Source of the DNA: Bradymonadia bacterium
Lineage (GTDB): Bacteria; Myxococcota_A; Bradymonadia; UBA7976; UBA1532
Length of the DNA: 64,000 nucleotides
Assembly (NCBI GenBank): GCA_046290225.1
Contig: JBKAGE010000039.1
Span: 32,001 to 96,000 of the forward strand
Direction: 5' to 3'
Of this stretch, positions 62,631-64,000 are shown in pieces (position 1 is the first letter of the stretch; each line of letters opens with the position of its first letter). A model generated the notes under the pieces. It was not told the DNA's origin and did no database searches. It saw only the letters and a program-made list of their open reading frames with translations. A program made the translations under genes and the position numbers.

Positions 62631-63368
62631 GTGATCATCATGCAAATCGAACACCCAAACACCACCATCGACCGTGAGCGCTTCCTGGCGGCGTACATGG
62701 TCCACATGGGGGAGCCTTTCGAGGGCGAGCCCCCCACCTCTCTCGAGGTGCTTTGTGAGCAGCTCGGTGATCCGGACGAGTGGTACCCGCCAGAGCGTGC
62801 CGCAGCCCGTGCGGCTCGAGATGCGATGACACCATCGATCACGAAGCTGTCGGCTGATCCACTGATCGACTCTCTCACCATCTATCCCGGTGATCTCGTC
62901 GTCGACGCCGACTTCACGCTCAACAACCATGTCTTCGTCTTCGGCGATCTCAACGTGCGGGGCACCATCACCGTCTCCCCGGCCCACGCGATCTTGATGG
63001 TGGTCGGCGACATCTCATGTCGTGCCATGGAGCTCGTACGGGCTTATCTCTTCGTGCACGGAACGATACGCGCTGAGACATGTGTGCTGGGGGTGGCGTA
63101 CGGCTTCAACAAGGTGTCGGGTCAGATCAGCACACGGCTCTATCTACGCGACGATACACACCACAACCTCACCATCGAGCAGGACTGCGACGAAGAAGGC
63201 GACAGGCGAAACATAGAGGCGGAGCACGTGGTGTGCGTCGACGACGAAGAGGATGTCGAGCGCCTGAAGGGGGTCCTGGCTGCAAAATACATGGCCAGGT
63301 TCGACCCCTTCGAGCTGATGGCGGCCATCGCGGAAGGCGAGGATATCTTCGCGGAGAAAGAGAGCTGA
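62631..63368 (+). CDS. Hypothetical protein with beta-helix-like repeats
   Basis: GDLVVD, GDLNVRGTI, GDISC, GTIRA, GQIST repeats. Confidence 0.6.
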   Translation: MIIMQIEHPNTTIDRERFLAAYMVHMGEPFEGEPPTSLEVLCEQLGDPDEWYPPERAAARAARDAMTPSITKLSADPLIDSLTIYPGDLVVDADFTLNNHVFVFGDLNVRGTITVSPAHAILMVVGDISCRAMELVRAYLFVHGTIRAETCVLGVAYGFNKVSGQISTRLYLRDDTHHNLTIEQDCDEEGDRRNIEAEHVVCVDDEEDVERLKGVLAAKYMARFDPFELMAAIAEGEDIFAEKES

Positions 63369-63430
63369 ACGTGCTCACTCGCACCTCGCCTTCCTGACTC
63401 GGTTCGCCGTTGTGCTAGGACCTCCACAAG

Positions 63431-63457
63431 GGCATACGCAAGTCAGTTGCATATGCC
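63431..63457. promoter_or_regulatory. Palindromic operator upstream of the Fur-family gene
   Basis: GGCATACGCAA-GTCAG-TTGCATATGCC (arms match at 10 of 11 positions); core matches ATGCAA-N5-TTGCAT. Confidence 0.72.
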
Positions 63458-63499
63458 GAAGGTGGGGCTTAGAGTCTCACCCATTCATCTTGCCCATAT

Positions 63500-63955
63500 G
63501 TGAGTAGCGCCATGAACTTCACCGAGGATGAAGTGCGGAAGCTGTTGCACGAGCGTTCGCTTCGAGTGACTGCCCCCCGAGTTGCCGTGCTTCAAGTCCT
63601 TGCAAACGCGAACAATCCGCTCTCGCACTCCGAAGTGCTCAGGCAGCTCGGCTCAACCGCCTGGGATCCGGCGACGATCTACCGGAACCTCGTGAAACTC
63701 CGTGATGCAGGCGTCGCCACCGTGGTCAACCGGGCAGAGGGCATCGATCGCTACGCCCTCGTAGAGGCGGATGGTGACGATCATTGCCACCCTCACTTCG
63801 TCTGCGAGGTCTGTGGCCGCATCGCCTGCTTGCCTACAGAGCTCACTGCGTCAATGTCGATTGATGGACCGTGGTCGGCTTCGATCAAGAAGGCGAAGAT
63901 CGAACTGAGGGGTCAGTGCCCGGATTGCGTCGAGCAGCAGCCTGCGGTGATGTGA
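63500..63955 (+). CDS. Fur-family metalloregulator, probably Zur
   Basis: LRVTAPRVAVL, ATIYRNL, HCHPHFVCEVC, CPDC. Start may be ATG 63512. Confidence 0.88.
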   Translation: MSSAMNFTEDEVRKLLHERSLRVTAPRVAVLQVLANANNPLSHSEVLRQLGSTAWDPATIYRNLVKLRDAGVATVVNRAEGIDRYALVEADGDDHCHPHFVCEVCGRIACLPTELTASMSIDGPWSASIKKAKIELRGQCPDCVEQQPAVM

Positions 63956-64000
63956 GCCCTGAACAAGGGCTGCAATCAGGTTGGGCGTCTCATACCATTC

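Noticed and set aside
63970..63986. CTGCAATCAGGTTGGGC after the fur gene
   Set aside because: Right half-site is poor and context is cut off by the window edge.

Overview
A 64-kb, GC-rich, densely coding chromosomal segment of a Gram-negative bacterium, most likely Myxococcota or a related deltaproteobacterium. That assignment is inferred from the many lipoproteins with Asp/Ala/Pro-rich stalks, the myxococcal Cys-rich repeats and a collagen-like protein. I found no rRNA, tRNA, CRISPR array, transposase or integrase. The region is a mosaic of small accessory modules: three OmpR-family two-component pairs, four LysR genes, one TetR, one Fur-family gene, many oxidoreductases and hydrolases, katG, ldhA, a COG0523 Zn-chaperone GTPase and about 15 exported proteins. 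Main observations: (1) an ATGCAA-N5-TTGCAT palindrome upstream of the COG0523 GTPase, the Fur/Zur gene and, in three copies, an uncharacterised flavoprotein, suggesting a dispersed zinc-starvation regulon; (2) a tandem gene-plus-promoter duplication in which one paralog has 12 lysines and the other has none plus an acidic patch after the lipid Cys, matching a window-wide split of exported proteins into Lys-poor acidic and Lys-containing classes; (3) normally cytoplasmic enzyme folds built as stalked lipoproteins; (4) a heme c/copper monooxygenase with a His-rich partner; (5) an in-frame amber stop in a GFA gene and several gene remnants. All family assignments come from recognising motifs by eye, not from database searches.
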